From Patescibacteria group bacterium (GTDB lineage Bacteria > Patescibacteriota > Microgenomatia > UBA1406 > HO2-37-13b), in NCBI GenBank assembly GCA_035290045.1, contig DATDVH010000021.1, positions 1-43,498 of the forward strand: a stretch of DNA of 43,498 nt, written 5' to 3'. Positions 1 to 9,762 of the stretch are shown piece after piece (the first letter of the stretch is position 1; every line of letters starts with the position of its first letter). Position numbers and translations under genes: made by a program. The notes below the pieces were generated by a model. It ran no database searches. It saw nothing but the letters and a program-made list of their open reading frames with translations, and was not told where the DNA came from.

Positions 1-129
1 AAATTGATAAAACGTATTAAGACAGAGATGAAAAAAAAAGCACAAAATCTACATTTTGAAGCAGCGATCGCACTCAGGGAAAATATTAAAAATATCGAAA
101 AAACGCTTGAAACTATATGGATAAAATAA
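1..129 (+). CDS. uvrB: Excinuclease ABC subunit B, C-terminal fragment (5' end outside window)
   Basis: Frame 1 reads [42 protein letters not shown], a UVR-domain-like tail (FE.AA.lR..i). The TAA stop is at 127-129 and overlaps the uvrA ATG at 117. Confidence 0.6.
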   Translation, partial: KLIKRIKTEMKKKAQNLHFEAAIALRENIKNIEKTLETIWIK

Positions 130-3008
130 TAATTAAAGGAGCTCGTGAGCATAACCTAAAAAATATTACTGTAGAAATTCCTAAGAATAAATTTGTCGTA
201 TTTACCGGGGTCTCTGGATCTGGAAAGTCTTCGCTTGCTTTTGATACTATTTATGCTGAAGGACAGCGCCGATATGTTGAATCACTCAGTTCATATGCCC
301 GTCAATTTTTGGGCATTATGAGCAAACCAGATGTAGATTTTATTGAGGGATTATCTCCTGCGATCTCAATTGATCAAAAATCTATCACTCATAATCCCCG
401 ATCAACAGTTGGGACAGTGACTGAGATATATGATTATCTACGACTGTTATATGCTCGTATAGGACACCCGCATTGTCCTTTGTGCGGAAGAGAAATATCT
501 CAATTATCGCCTGATGAAATCGTGAAAAAAATGCTTGATGCAATACGTCAAGAACTCAGTACTGATAAAATCAAGCCACATATATTTTCTATAATAGCCC
601 AAATCGTAAAGGAAAGAAAAGGAGAATTTAGTGGGCTTTTATCCAACCTTCGCGCAAAAGGATTTACAAGCGTCATTATTGACAATCATCGTTATGAGCT
701 TGAAAATGAGATACTGCTTATTAAGACAAACAAACATTCTATTGACGCACTCATAGATACTTTTTCACTCAATCATAAGAATCTAAAAGATAAGATTTTT
801 TTATCCAATTTCAACTCACGTCTTTTTAATGCTGTGGAAAATGCTCTCAATCTTTCAGGCGGTAAAGCTACGCTGAAATATGCAGATACCTCAATTTTAT
901 TTTCTGAGCAGTTTTCATGCCCTCATTGCAATCTTTCACTTCCTGAGATTGAACCACGTATATTTTCATTTAATTCACCACTTGGCGCATGCGGTACTTG
1001 TAAAGGTCTTGGATTCATCTTCGCTATAAACCCAGACAAGGTTATAAATCCTACTCTTTCTATAAATGAAGGAGCGCTTGTTCCATTTGGTATGGTTTTT
1101 TACAACTCAACATGGTATTCACGATTACTCAGTCGTTTTCTTGAAGATGTAGGCATAGACCAAAATAAACCACTTTTGCATGTAAAAGAAAATAAGCTTC
1201 ATATGTTATTGTATGGCAATAGTAAAACCTATAAGGTAAGAGGGAAAAATCGTTTTGGAAAAGATACAGTCATTTTTGAACAATTTGACGGCATTATTCA
1301 TGAAATGGATAAAAGATACACAGAAAGTACATCAGATTTTACACGATATGAAATAGAAAAATACATGGAGGAAAAAGTATGTACTCACTGTCGGGGAAAA
1401 CGTCTTAAAAAGGAGGTACTAGGTGTTGTTATTCAGAATAAAAATATTTATGATACGGGAGAGCTTTCAATACATGACTGTCTTTCATTTATACAAACAG
1501 TGTTGACGCAACTGACTGTATATGAAACTGAGATAGCATTGCCTATAATAACTGAAATTAAAAATAGATTGTTTTTTCTTAAAAATGTTGGGCTTTCATA
1601 TCTGACGCTCAATCGCGCTTCTAGAACGCTTTCTGGAGGTGAATCCCAGCGAATCCGACTTGCGTCTCAGATCGGATCAGGACTGACTGGTGTGATATAC
1701 GTGCTTGATGAACCTTCTATCGGGCTTCATCCGAGAGATGTGTCAGCTCTTGTTGATAATCTGAAAAAACTTCGCAATCTTGGAAATTCAATCATAGTGG
1801 TAGAGCATGATCAAGAAACTATTGAGAGTTCAGATCATATTGTTGATTTTGGTTTATATGCAGGGAAGGAAGGCGGCAGCATCATATTTAATGGTTCACT
1901 CAAGGATCTGAAAAAATGCGACCGTTCTCTCACCAATCAGTATATGCTTAAAAGAAGTAAAATCACTCCTTTCTTATCACATAATAAAACAATGGGGAAT
2001 AAAAAGAGTATTCTTTCAATCAATGGCTGTACACGATATAATCTGAAAAATATTTCAGCTTTTTTTCCTCTTGGTGATCTTACTTGTGTGACGGGAGTAT
2101 CTGGATCGGGTAAATCTACATTAGTTGTTGAGACAGTGTATCCAGCTCTTCGTTCTTATTTAGGTATGACTCACTTTGATAAAAAGATCGGATATACGTC
2201 TTTGGAAGGATATCAGTACCTTGATTCAGTCTATTTAGTTGATCAGTCTTCTATCGGACGAACTCCACGATCCAACCCAGCAACATATATTGGTATTTTT
2301 GATCTTGTGAGAGATGTTTTTGCTTTGACTGCAGATGCACGAATGCGAGGATACAAAAAGGGAAGATTTTCATTCAATGTAAAAGGAGGACGGTGCGAGA
2401 AGTGCGCAGGAGCTGGTACTATCAAAATAGAAATGCATTTTCTTCCTGATGTCTATGTGACATGCGACGTCTGTCAAGGTAAGCGCTATAATTCAGAGAC
2501 ACTTGAGGTACACTATAAGGGAAAACGAATTGACCAAATTTTGAAATGTACCGTAAATGAAGCGTTAGACTTTTTTAAGGGACATCCTCACATCTATAAA
2601 AAATTGCACACTTTACAAGAAGTAGGACTCGGATATCTTGAGTTAGGACAACCTGCTCCTACACTTTCAGGTGGTGAAGCACAGAGAATAAAACTTGCTT
2701 ATGAATTATCAAAAAAAGATTCTGGACGAACACTGTACATTCTTGATGAGCCAACCACAGGACTTCATCCGTATGATATAGAAAAATTGATGCAAACTTT
2801 GTATAAATTAATAGCACGAGGAAATACAATCATTATCATAGAACATAATCTTGAAGTCATTAAAAATTGTGGTTACATCGTTGACTTGGGACCTGATGGA
2901 GGAGACGGCGGAGGACAGATTATATATCAAGGAGCAATTGAAGGAATATGTGATGTTTCTCGTTCATATACAGGAATGTATTTGAAAAAGTATGCACCAC
3001 TCACCTAA
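117..3008 (+). CDS. uvrA: Excinuclease ABC subunit A
   Basis: 963 aa. Two Walker A sites ([18 protein letters not shown]), two ABC signatures ([16 protein letters not shown]), Zn-finger CxxC pairs, canonical N-terminus [17 protein letters not shown]. Confidence 0.95.
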   Translation: MDKIIIKGAREHNLKNITVEIPKNKFVVFTGVSGSGKSSLAFDTIYAEGQRRYVESLSSYARQFLGIMSKPDVDFIEGLSPAISIDQKSITHNPRSTVGTVTEIYDYLRLLYARIGHPHCPLCGREISQLSPDEIVKKMLDAIRQELSTDKIKPHIFSIIAQIVKERKGEFSGLLSNLRAKGFTSVIIDNHRYELENEILLIKTNKHSIDALIDTFSLNHKNLKDKIFLSNFNSRLFNAVENALNLSGGKATLKYADTSILFSEQFSCPHCNLSLPEIEPRIFSFNSPLGACGTCKGLGFIFAINPDKVINPTLSINEGALVPFGMVFYNSTWYSRLLSRFLEDVGIDQNKPLLHVKENKLHMLLYGNSKTYKVRGKNRFGKDTVIFEQFDGIIHEMDKRYTESTSDFTRYEIEKYMEEKVCTHCRGKRLKKEVLGVVIQNKNIYDTGELSIHDCLSFIQTVLTQLTVYETEIALPIITEIKNRLFFLKNVGLSYLTLNRASRTLSGGESQRIRLASQIGSGLTGVIYVLDEPSIGLHPRDVSALVDNLKKLRNLGNSIIVVEHDQETIESSDHIVDFGLYAGKEGGSIIFNGSLKDLKKCDRSLTNQYMLKRSKITPFLSHNKTMGNKKSILSINGCTRYNLKNISAFFPLGDLTCVTGVSGSGKSTLVVETVYPALRSYLGMTHFDKKIGYTSLEGYQYLDSVYLVDQSSIGRTPRSNPATYIGIFDLVRDVFALTADARMRGYKKGRFSFNVKGGRCEKCAGAGTIKIEMHFLPDVYVTCDVCQGKRYNSETLEVHYKGKRIDQILKCTVNEALDFFKGHPHIYKKLHTLQEVGLGYLELGQPAPTLSGGEAQRIKLAYELSKKDSGRTLYILDEPTTGLHPYDIEKLMQTLYKLIARGNTIIIIEHNLEVIKNCGYIVDLGPDGGDGGGQIIYQGAIEGICDVSRSYTGMYLKKYAPLT

Positions 3009-4836
3009 ACTATTTTTAGTAGTATTAGCACATATCGCGCTTTTCCTTATTTTTATCCCCGCACATATTTCTGCTGACGAGGATATACAATTTAAGACTA
3101 CCTATGAAGCTCATTATACTCCTCGTTTGAATGGCGATTCTGATGTTAGTTTGTCAATAAGTATTGTGAATATGCGCTCAGATATATATATAAAAGAATT
3201 TTCTATTTTATTTCCTACACAATTTTCAATGAGTAATCTTTTAGTAAAAGATGACTATGAGACTATTACCCCAGTTATTGATCGTGGGGGAGAATTTACC
3301 AAAATAAGCATTCCTTTTTCTCACCCGCCAATTGGCAAAAATGCGGTAGGACATATATATATGAATTTTGAACAAAAGAACCTTTTCAAGACACACGGTG
3401 CTCTATGGGAGATAATCATTCCTACTATTCACAATAAACCAAACACCGTGTTCAATATCTCAATTACCCTTCCCGAAAAATCAAACCGCATACTTTCAAT
3501 CGCCAAACCCAGTCCATCCTCTATTGCAGGGAATACTATTTTTTGGAAAAACATCACAACACGTACTGTCTATGCTGTATTTGGAGATGCACAATATTAT
3601 ACGTTGAATCTGACCTACACTCTTAAAAACGACGGTTTGCGTCCCGTATACTATGATATAGCGCTTCCCCCCCCAACTGCTTATCAGGACATAGTTATCA
3701 ATTCTCTTACTCCTCAACCTGAAAAAGTATATTTTGATGAGGATTACAATGTATTGGCACGATACACCTTATTTGCTCAGGAGGAAAAAAAAATTAACTT
3801 TAAGGGAGGAGCGACGTTATTTGTTCGTCCGCAGTCTGAAATAAATGTACTAAATGCGCAGAATATTGCTCATCAAAATAATTACTTACTTGAGACCACA
3901 GGATATTGGGACGCTGGTTTAGCAGGTAAAAATAATGAGATTGAGGAAAATAATTCCATAGAGTCTATATATAGGTATGTAACCTCACATCTTACCTATG
4001 ATTATTCGCGAATAAATACGAGTAAACGGAGGCTCGGCGCTACCAAAGTACTTGCCGACCCAAAGAGCGCAGTTTGTACAGAATTTACTGATTTATTCAT
4101 TGCTCTTTCTCGTAAAAAAGGTTTTCTAACCCGTGAAATTGAGGGATATGGGTTTTCACAGGATAAGAATCTTCGCCCTCTTTCATCAATGACCGATATA
4201 TTACATACATGGCCAGAATATTATGATGAAAAAAATAAACAATGGATACCAATTGACCCAACGTGGGAAAATACCTCGGGAATAGATTATTTTTCATCCT
4301 TTGATCTTAATCATATCGTATTTGCCATACATGGCAAAGATCAATCGTATCCGTTTCCTGCAGGTCTGTATAAGGTAGACGACACTGCAAAAGATATTGA
4401 AATAACTCCATCAGATAAGCCTTTTGAAAAAAAAATAGCTGTACAACTCAATGAAAATATACAACGTAAAATCACCGATACTACTCAATATAGAGGAACA
4501 GTGAAAATAAAAAATATAGGCACGACCTTCTTAATAAATTCTGTATTTGAATTAAAAAGCTCTACTTTAGCAATTGATACGCCAAAAATCACGTTTGATT
4601 TATTTGCCCCATATCAAACAAAAGAAGTATCTTTTACCTATAGCGCTCCCTCAGTATCTCAAAAAACAAATGTAAATCTATCACTTCTTTTCAATACATA
4701 TCCCATACGAAATATTTCCCTCTCCGTAACTTCATTGTATGCAGATATTATTTTAAAGGCTATCGGAATTGCTATAGCGATTATCACTCTTTTATTAGTA
4801 TATCTATTATTTCGCACGCGGCAAAAAAAAGTATGA
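2992..4836 (+). CDS. Membrane-anchored transglutaminase-like (cysteine protease fold) protein
   Basis: 614 aa with an N-terminal signal/TM segment and a C-terminal TM. Transglutaminase-core triad context: AVCTEFTDLFIALSRKKG (Cys), HTWPEYY (His), IDPTW (Asp). Start overlaps the uvrA stop and stop overlaps the uvrC start. Confidence 0.7.
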   Translation: MHHSPKLFLVVLAHIALFLIFIPAHISADEDIQFKTTYEAHYTPRLNGDSDVSLSISIVNMRSDIYIKEFSILFPTQFSMSNLLVKDDYETITPVIDRGGEFTKISIPFSHPPIGKNAVGHIYMNFEQKNLFKTHGALWEIIIPTIHNKPNTVFNISITLPEKSNRILSIAKPSPSSIAGNTIFWKNITTRTVYAVFGDAQYYTLNLTYTLKNDGLRPVYYDIALPPPTAYQDIVINSLTPQPEKVYFDEDYNVLARYTLFAQEEKKINFKGGATLFVRPQSEINVLNAQNIAHQNNYLLETTGYWDAGLAGKNNEIEENNSIESIYRYVTSHLTYDYSRINTSKRRLGATKVLADPKSAVCTEFTDLFIALSRKKGFLTREIEGYGFSQDKNLRPLSSMTDILHTWPEYYDEKNKQWIPIDPTWENTSGIDYFSSFDLNHIVFAIHGKDQSYPFPAGLYKVDDTAKDIEITPSDKPFEKKIAVQLNENIQRKITDTTQYRGTVKIKNIGTTFLINSVFELKSSTLAIDTPKITFDLFAPYQTKEVSFTYSAPSVSQKTNVNLSLLFNTYPIRNISLSVTSLYADIILKAIGIAIAIITLLLVYLLFRTRQKKV

Positions 4837-6155
4837 AAACTCTATTTTTCAAAAAAGACGCTCTTACTGCAATTCCTTCCGAAACAGGAGTGTATTTTTT
4901 TCTCAAGAAAGACATTCCTCTTTATATCGGAAAAGCACTCAACCTGAGAGCTCGTATTGCCTCGCATGTGCGAAGCAGCGAACTTGACCAAAAAGAAAAA
5001 CAAATAATCAGTCAAACAGATAGAATAAAAATCATCACGATTTCCTCGGAATTTAATGCGCTCATGTATGAGGCTGAACTGATCAAACAGTATAAGCCAA
5101 AATATAACATCATCTTAAAGGACGGAAAAACATCTTTATATATCAAAATTACAGAGAGCAAAACCTATCCTAAAATTTTTCCAGTCAGATATGAAAATGA
5201 AAGAGGCTCTCAGTATTTTGGACCGTTTCAGTCGCATCAGATAGTAATGAAAGTCCTCAGGGAAATCAGACACATCGTCCCATTTTGTTCACAAAAAAAG
5301 ATGACAAAACGCGGCTGTTTTTACTCAAAAATCGGTTTATGCAATCCATGTCCCAATACTATTTCTCACATACAAGATAAAGAGGTGAAAAAAAAGGCTG
5401 CCAAGGAGTACAAAAAACAAATACGAATAATTCGTCTGATTTTGCAGGGAAAATCTGATATTGTCCTCCGATCACTGACACGACGAATGGCAGAAAAAAG
5501 TAGAGTCAATAATTATGAAGACGCATTGAGCATACGAGATACAATCACTTTTTTTAGGAAACTGATTGCTGAAAGATCCTTTCACGAAAATGTCGAAAAG
5601 TATACGGTTGGTTTCCCTATTGAACAGTTAATATGTGAATTTAATACATTTATGAAAAATTATTTTGGGCAATCACACGAACGCGATACATATACCACTG
5701 AATGTTATGATATATCGCATTTGTTTGGAAGTCATGCGACCGCATCCATGGTTGTTTTTCATGACGGACAACCATATAAAAAAAAATATAGACGATTTCG
5801 TATACAGACAGTACGCCATATCTCAGATGTTGACATGATAAAGGAAGTGATAGACAGAAGATTAAAAAGAAAAGAGTGGAAACTTCCAGATATTATTGTT
5901 GTTGATGGAGGGAAACCTCAACTTATTGCGGTTACGCAGACACTAACCTTTCATCAATTATCTATCCCTTGTATAGGATTTGCCAAAAGCCCCGATCGAA
6001 TCATTGTCTCAAACCCTCCACAAACCATCTATTTATCCGAAAATTCAGCACTTCTTTTGCTTTTTAAGTATATAAGAGATGAATCTCATCGTTTTGCAAA
6101 AAAGTATCATACGTTATTAAGAAACAAAAACTTTTTTACTACAAATAAGGTATAA
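4833..6155 (+). CDS. uvrC: Excinuclease ABC subunit C, short form without C-terminal (HhH)2
   Basis: 440 aa. GIY-YIG N-terminus (GVYFFLKKDIPLYIGKALNLRARIASH), a UVR-like helix pair (NNYEDALSIRDTI) and an Endo-V/RNase H-like domain (ECYDISHLFG...VVDGGKPQL). The ORF ends before any HhH region. Confidence 0.85.
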   Translation: MKTLFFKKDALTAIPSETGVYFFLKKDIPLYIGKALNLRARIASHVRSSELDQKEKQIISQTDRIKIITISSEFNALMYEAELIKQYKPKYNIILKDGKTSLYIKITESKTYPKIFPVRYENERGSQYFGPFQSHQIVMKVLREIRHIVPFCSQKKMTKRGCFYSKIGLCNPCPNTISHIQDKEVKKKAAKEYKKQIRIIRLILQGKSDIVLRSLTRRMAEKSRVNNYEDALSIRDTITFFRKLIAERSFHENVEKYTVGFPIEQLICEFNTFMKNYFGQSHERDTYTTECYDISHLFGSHATASMVVFHDGQPYKKKYRRFRIQTVRHISDVDMIKEVIDRRLKRKEWKLPDIIVVDGGKPQLIAVTQTLTFHQLSIPCIGFAKSPDRIIVSNPPQTIYLSENSALLLLFKYIRDESHRFAKKYHTLLRNKNFFTTNKV

Positions 6156-6165
6156 TATTCCATCT

Positions 6166-6564
6166 ATGAAAAGAATTATAAGAGGAATAATTTTTTCAGC
6201 GCTTAGTTTGTATCTGACTTCATTAGTTATACGGGGGTTTAGCATTCGGTATGACCTAAAACCATTTCTTCTCGCAACTCTTATATTAGCGGTCGTCTAT
6301 TACCTTATAGTTCCTCTTTCCAAGCTTATATTGCTTCCCCTCAATATTCTGACTCTTGGACTTGTTTCAGTTGTTGTATATATTTTTTTATTTAATTATG
6401 TTATTCACTATTTTGGATTCATATCAATCCATTCATGGACTTTTGAGGGGTTTACATTCTCAGGTCTTGTGATTCCAAAAATACAGTTAAATTATCTTTC
6501 TACTCTTATTTCCTCAGCATTGCTTTATTCCACCATTATAAATGTGTTTGAATTAGTCATATGA
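6166..6564 (+). CDS. Small 4-TM membrane protein, phage-holin-family-4/DUF360-like
   Basis: 132 aa and very hydrophobic. LPLNILTLGLVSVVVY resembles the LPltilTlGlf motif of Phage_holin_4_2. Confidence 0.5.
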   Translation: MKRIIRGIIFSALSLYLTSLVIRGFSIRYDLKPFLLATLILAVVYYLIVPLSKLILLPLNILTLGLVSVVVYIFLFNYVIHYFGFISIHSWTFEGFTFSGLVIPKIQLNYLSTLISSALLYSTIINVFELVI

Positions 6565-6776
6565 AAAACATTCTGCTTATCGCAAGTAGTATTATCAGTA
6601 TTTTTATTGTCATTCTTATTCTTATACAAGGACGAGGTGCAGGACTTGGAAGTGCGTGGGGAGGAGGTGGCGAACTTTTTTCCACACGGAGAGGCATTGA
6701 GAAATGGACGCTCCGTTTTACAGTCGTACTCATTATATGCTTCTTTATCGTATCAGTCGTTAAACTTTTATTATGA
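6561..6776 (+). CDS. secG: Preprotein translocase subunit SecG
   Basis: 71 aa, two TM segments, Gly-rich loop LIQGRGAGLGSAWGGGG..F typical of SecG. Confidence 0.75.
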   Translation: MKNILLIASSIISIFIVILILIQGRGAGLGSAWGGGGELFSTRRGIEKWTLRFTVVLIICFFIVSVVKLLL

Positions 6777-8128
6777 TTGCCCCGTATAAAAAAGTACGGT
6801 ATTATTATTGGCTGTTCGACAGTTTTTTTAAGAAAAACATAAAAAGCTTGATTATTAGTTTTGTTCTCGGCTTTTTTCTACTGCTATTTTCTATCACTTT
6901 TTTCCCGTATATAGTCACTCTTTTTAATCGCAAAACAGAGCAAATAGGCATCGTTGGAAAATATACTTTATCCAATCTTCCTGACGATATTAAGGGAGAT
7001 TTGTCAAACCCGCTCCTTATAGTTAACCCAAAGGGTGAGATTATTCCCATTTTAATCAAGTCATATGAGTTGCTTGATCAGAATAAAACGTACCGTTTCT
7101 TTCTTAAATCAAATCTAAAGTGGTCCAATGGAGACATATTTGTTGCGCAGGATATGCACTATACATTTAAAGGTGTTGAGCAAAAAGTCATTGATGACAC
7201 CACTATTGAATTTAGACTGAGTCAACCACTCTCTACATTTCCCGCATATCTGACAAAACCTTTGTTTAAAAATAAGACAGATGGTGTTGCAGGATTGTAC
7301 GAATTAAGTAACTATTACGAAAAAAATGGTTCGTTACAAAAAATTTCATTTAGTCCAAATAAAAAAAAAATTCCCTTTAGAGTGTATAAATTTTACGACA
7401 CTGATAGCAAACTCATTAACGCATATAAAAAGGGAGAAATCACTCATGTGGTAAATACCAAAAAAAATATAGCAGATATTTTCTCTACATGGAAAAATAC
7501 TAAAATTACTCGCTCAGTCAGTTATAATCAGATGTTGACGCTTTTTTTCAATACAAACAGTAAATTATTTGCAGAAAAAGAGGCTCGTGAAGCCTTCGCA
7601 TACGCACTTCCTGACGTTGAAGAATATGGAATTTCAGCAATTGGGCCTATTTCTCCACTTTCATGGGCATACAATACACACTTGAAAAAGAATGTACTTG
7701 ATCTTGACAAAGCATCTTCCTTATTAAACAAGATCATAGAAGGTCAGAAAAAGCCTCAGATAAACTTCTACACCTTTTATGAATATCTCACCATTGCAGA
7801 GGAAATTAAAAAAAATAGCGAGAAAATAGGATTATTTGTAAATCTTAAAGTCATATCATATCTTCCTACAGACTTTGATATTCTACTAACGGTATGGAAT
7901 CCGCCGCCTGATCCAGATCAATACTATTTTTGGCATTCAACGCAAGATCAAGGAAATATTACGCATTACAAGAATGTGAAAATAGATAAATTACTTGAAG
8001 ACGGACGAAAAATAATGAATATAAATGAGAGAAAAAATATATATGAGGATTTCCAAAGGATACTTATAGACGATCATCCTGCTCTTTTCATATATTATCC
8101 ATATACCTATACCATTGAGAAAAAGTGA
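6773..8128 (+). CDS. Extracellular solute-binding protein, family 5 (peptide/nickel ABC type)-like, N-terminally anchored
   Basis: 451 aa with an N-terminal TM. SBP_bac_5-like segments (WSNGD.F.A.D..YTF; FYT..EY..IAEEIKKN.EKIG; DILL..WNPPPDPDQYYFWHS). Confidence 0.6.
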   Translation: MIAPYKKVRYYYWLFDSFFKKNIKSLIISFVLGFFLLLFSITFFPYIVTLFNRKTEQIGIVGKYTLSNLPDDIKGDLSNPLLIVNPKGEIIPILIKSYELLDQNKTYRFFLKSNLKWSNGDIFVAQDMHYTFKGVEQKVIDDTTIEFRLSQPLSTFPAYLTKPLFKNKTDGVAGLYELSNYYEKNGSLQKISFSPNKKKIPFRVYKFYDTDSKLINAYKKGEITHVVNTKKNIADIFSTWKNTKITRSVSYNQMLTLFFNTNSKLFAEKEAREAFAYALPDVEEYGISAIGPISPLSWAYNTHLKKNVLDLDKASSLLNKIIEGQKKPQINFYTFYEYLTIAEEIKKNSEKIGLFVNLKVISYLPTDFDILLTVWNPPPDPDQYYFWHSTQDQGNITHYKNVKIDKLLEDGRKIMNINERKNIYEDFQRILIDDHPALFIYYPYTYTIEKK

Positions 8129-8244
8129 TATAATTACAATATTAAAAATAAAATATAAAAAATAAAAAAATATCAAGACATAGTAGGTTATAGTGACAAA
8201 AGTGGAATTTTTTTATCTTTGATTTTTTATATTTAATTTTTTGA

Positions 8245-8328
8245 GCCGCGGTGGTGGAATGGCAGACACGCAGGACTTAAAATCCTGTGATTTCAAAAAT
8301 CGTGAGGGTTCGACTCCCTCCCGCGGCA
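8245..8328 (+). tRNA. tRNA-Leu(UAA), class II with long variable arm
   Basis: Hand-folded cloverleaf. Acceptor gccgcgg/ccgcggc, anticodon stem cagga/tcctg, loop cTTAAaa, variable hairpin gatt/aatc, T arm gaggg-ttcgact-ccctc. No encoded CCA. Confidence 0.9.
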
Positions 8329-8357
8329 CCGCTTCCCTTACTCCCGCATCAGTAATT

Positions 8358-8366
8358 TGATATAAT
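8358..8366 (+). promoter_or_regulatory. Extended -10 element (TGaTATAAT) upstream of the tRNA-Thr cluster
   Basis: tttGATATAAT lies about 55 nt upstream of the tRNA 5' end. The weak -35 is TTACTC, 17 nt upstream. Confidence 0.4.
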
Positions 8367-8420
8367 GTCTTATATAAAGAGTATTTATATTTTATTTTTT
8401 ATATTTAATTTTTCATTTTA

Positions 8421-8664
8421 GCCGAGGTAGCTCAGTGGCAGAGCAACTGTTTTGTCCCAGAAGCAGTTAGCTAAATTTGATAAAATTTAGCGTAACGCTT
8501 CGGGATCCCGTACATTTACGCTTTTGCCTGCTTAGCTCAGCGGTAGAGCAGCTGTTTTGTAAACAGCAGGTCGTCAGTTCGAGCCTGACAGCAGGCTCAA
8601 AAAGCAAAAGCTAAATAGTACTGGGATAAACAGTAGGTCGGGGGTTCAATTCCTCTCCTCGGCT
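8421..8664 (+). tRNA. tRNA-Thr(UGU)-like gene split in the anticodon loop by a ~172-nt structured insert (8455-8626)
   Basis: The 5' half gccgagg-ta-gctc-agtggca-gagc-a-actgt-tttg and the 3' half taa-acagt-aggtc-ggggg-ttcaatt-cctct-cctcggc-t join into a canonical 72-nt cloverleaf with loop tTTGTaa. The insert ends pair (tcccag/ctggga). Confidence 0.6.
8526..8597 (+). tRNA. tRNA-Thr(UGU), intact, lying inside the insert of the outer tRNA
   Basis: gcctgct-ta-gctc-agcggta-gagc-a-gctgt-tTTGTaa-acagc-aggtc-gtcag-ttcgagc-ctgac-agcaggc-t. This is a perfect 72-nt cloverleaf. Confidence 0.9.
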
Positions 8665-8746
8665 CAAAACAGTCATGAGTTTTGAGTCATCTAACTTATT
8701 GTTTATTACGTTTCAAGATTAATGACTAAAGTCTAACGATTAATTT

Positions 8747-8819
8747 GCGCTTGTAGCTCAACGGATAGAGCAATTCCCTTCTAAGGAATAGGTTGAGCGT
8801 TCGATTCGCTCCAAGCGCA
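8747..8819 (+). tRNA. tRNA-Arg(UCU)
   Basis: gcgcttg/caagcgc acceptor, anticodon stem attcc/ggaat, loop cTTCTaa, T arm gagcg-ttcgatt-cgctc. Confidence 0.9.
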
Positions 8820-8931
8820 CAAAAATACCGTAGGTCTATTTCACCTCGTAGGTGAAATAAATATAACCTCGGGAAAATGTGCACATAACATTTTACCCAT
8901 GAGGTGGGATATGTGAAGTATTATCTCAATT

Positions 8932-9762
8932 ATGGCAATGACATTTGTGCTCGCGTTTCGGGAGTATTTGGAGGCGTTTTTGATCATCGGAGTATTTTTT
9001 GGACTATCGCTAAAACTCAATTTAAGAAGAGAAAAAGAAATACTGTTAGCATCAGCCATCGGTATTTTTTTATCATTTCTTCTCCCTCTTCTTACTTTTT
9101 ATCTTGGAGATCATGCTCGCATACTCCTCACTGAAAAGCGTGCAGAGCTTCTTGAAGGGTACCTCATGATATTTTCCGGCTGTTTTATTGCTTATATAGT
9201 GTTCTCCTTACACAGATTTTTTGTCCAAAAAAGAGCTTTTCAGGTGATTAAAGCACATCAAAAACTGACAAAAAACATATTTGATTTTTCCTTATTTGCT
9301 AGCATCGTCTTTTTTGTAGCGCGTGAGGGATTTGAAATTGCGCTTTTTACCGCAACAACTTCGCTGTTTTCTACATTTATCTCTAATTTGATTGGGCTCA
9401 CTCTTGGTTTTTTTACTGCCGCAATAATTGGAGTACTCACTTCACTTGCTTTTATCGCTTTTCCCTTGGGTAAAATTTATAAATTGACTGAATATTTCAT
9501 TTTAATACTTGGGGCATCTCTTGTAAAAAATGGACTATCAGAACTTACTGAAGTATATATGGATATTCACATATCACGTATTTTCCCTTTTCCCCTCCAT
9601 TTCCTGCCTCAAAAATCAACAATTGCAGGCCATCTGATTGCAACTCTTTTTGGTCTTGAGAAGAATTTTGGACTCCTTGACGGAAGCATTATGATAGGGT
9701 ACATTTTTCTAGTATATTATTTTTTAATTCGACGCAGAAGAAGTGCGCCAATATTTAATTAA
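8932..9762 (+). CDS. FTR1/EfeU-family high-affinity iron permease
   Basis: 276 aa, polytopic. Two REXXE motifs (AFREYLEAF and VAREGFEIALF), which are diagnostic of FTR1-type permeases. Confidence 0.75.
   Translation: MAMTFVLAFREYLEAFLIIGVFFGLSLKLNLRREKEILLASAIGIFLSFLLPLLTFYLGDHARILLTEKRAELLEGYLMIFSGCFIAYIVFSLHRFFVQKRAFQVIKAHQKLTKNIFDFSLFASIVFFVAREGFEIALFTATTSLFSTFISNLIGLTLGFFTAAIIGVLTSLAFIAFPLGKIYKLTEYFILILGASLVKNGLSELTEVYMDIHISRIFPFPLHFLPQKSTIAGHLIATLFGLEKNFGLLDGSIMIGYIFLVYYFLIRRRRSAPIFN

Noticed and set aside
6607-6789. 60-aa ORF overlapping secG in another frame
   Set aside because: secG in the 6561 frame has the canonical two-TM and Gly-rich loop pattern. The alternative frame has no features.
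8455-8626. Calling the tRNA-Thr insert a group I intron
   Set aside because: At 172 nt, of which 72 nt is a tRNA, too little remains for P3-P9 core helices. I could not identify a P7/G-binding site or an unambiguous U|...G| splice context, so I leave the mechanism open.
8904-9134. 76-aa ORF overlapping the 5' end of the FTR1 gene, and the mini-ORF ATGAGGTGGGATATGTGA at 8900-8917
   Set aside because: The alternative frame disrupts the REXXE-containing permease. The 5-codon ORF has no support beyond chance in an AT-rich leader.
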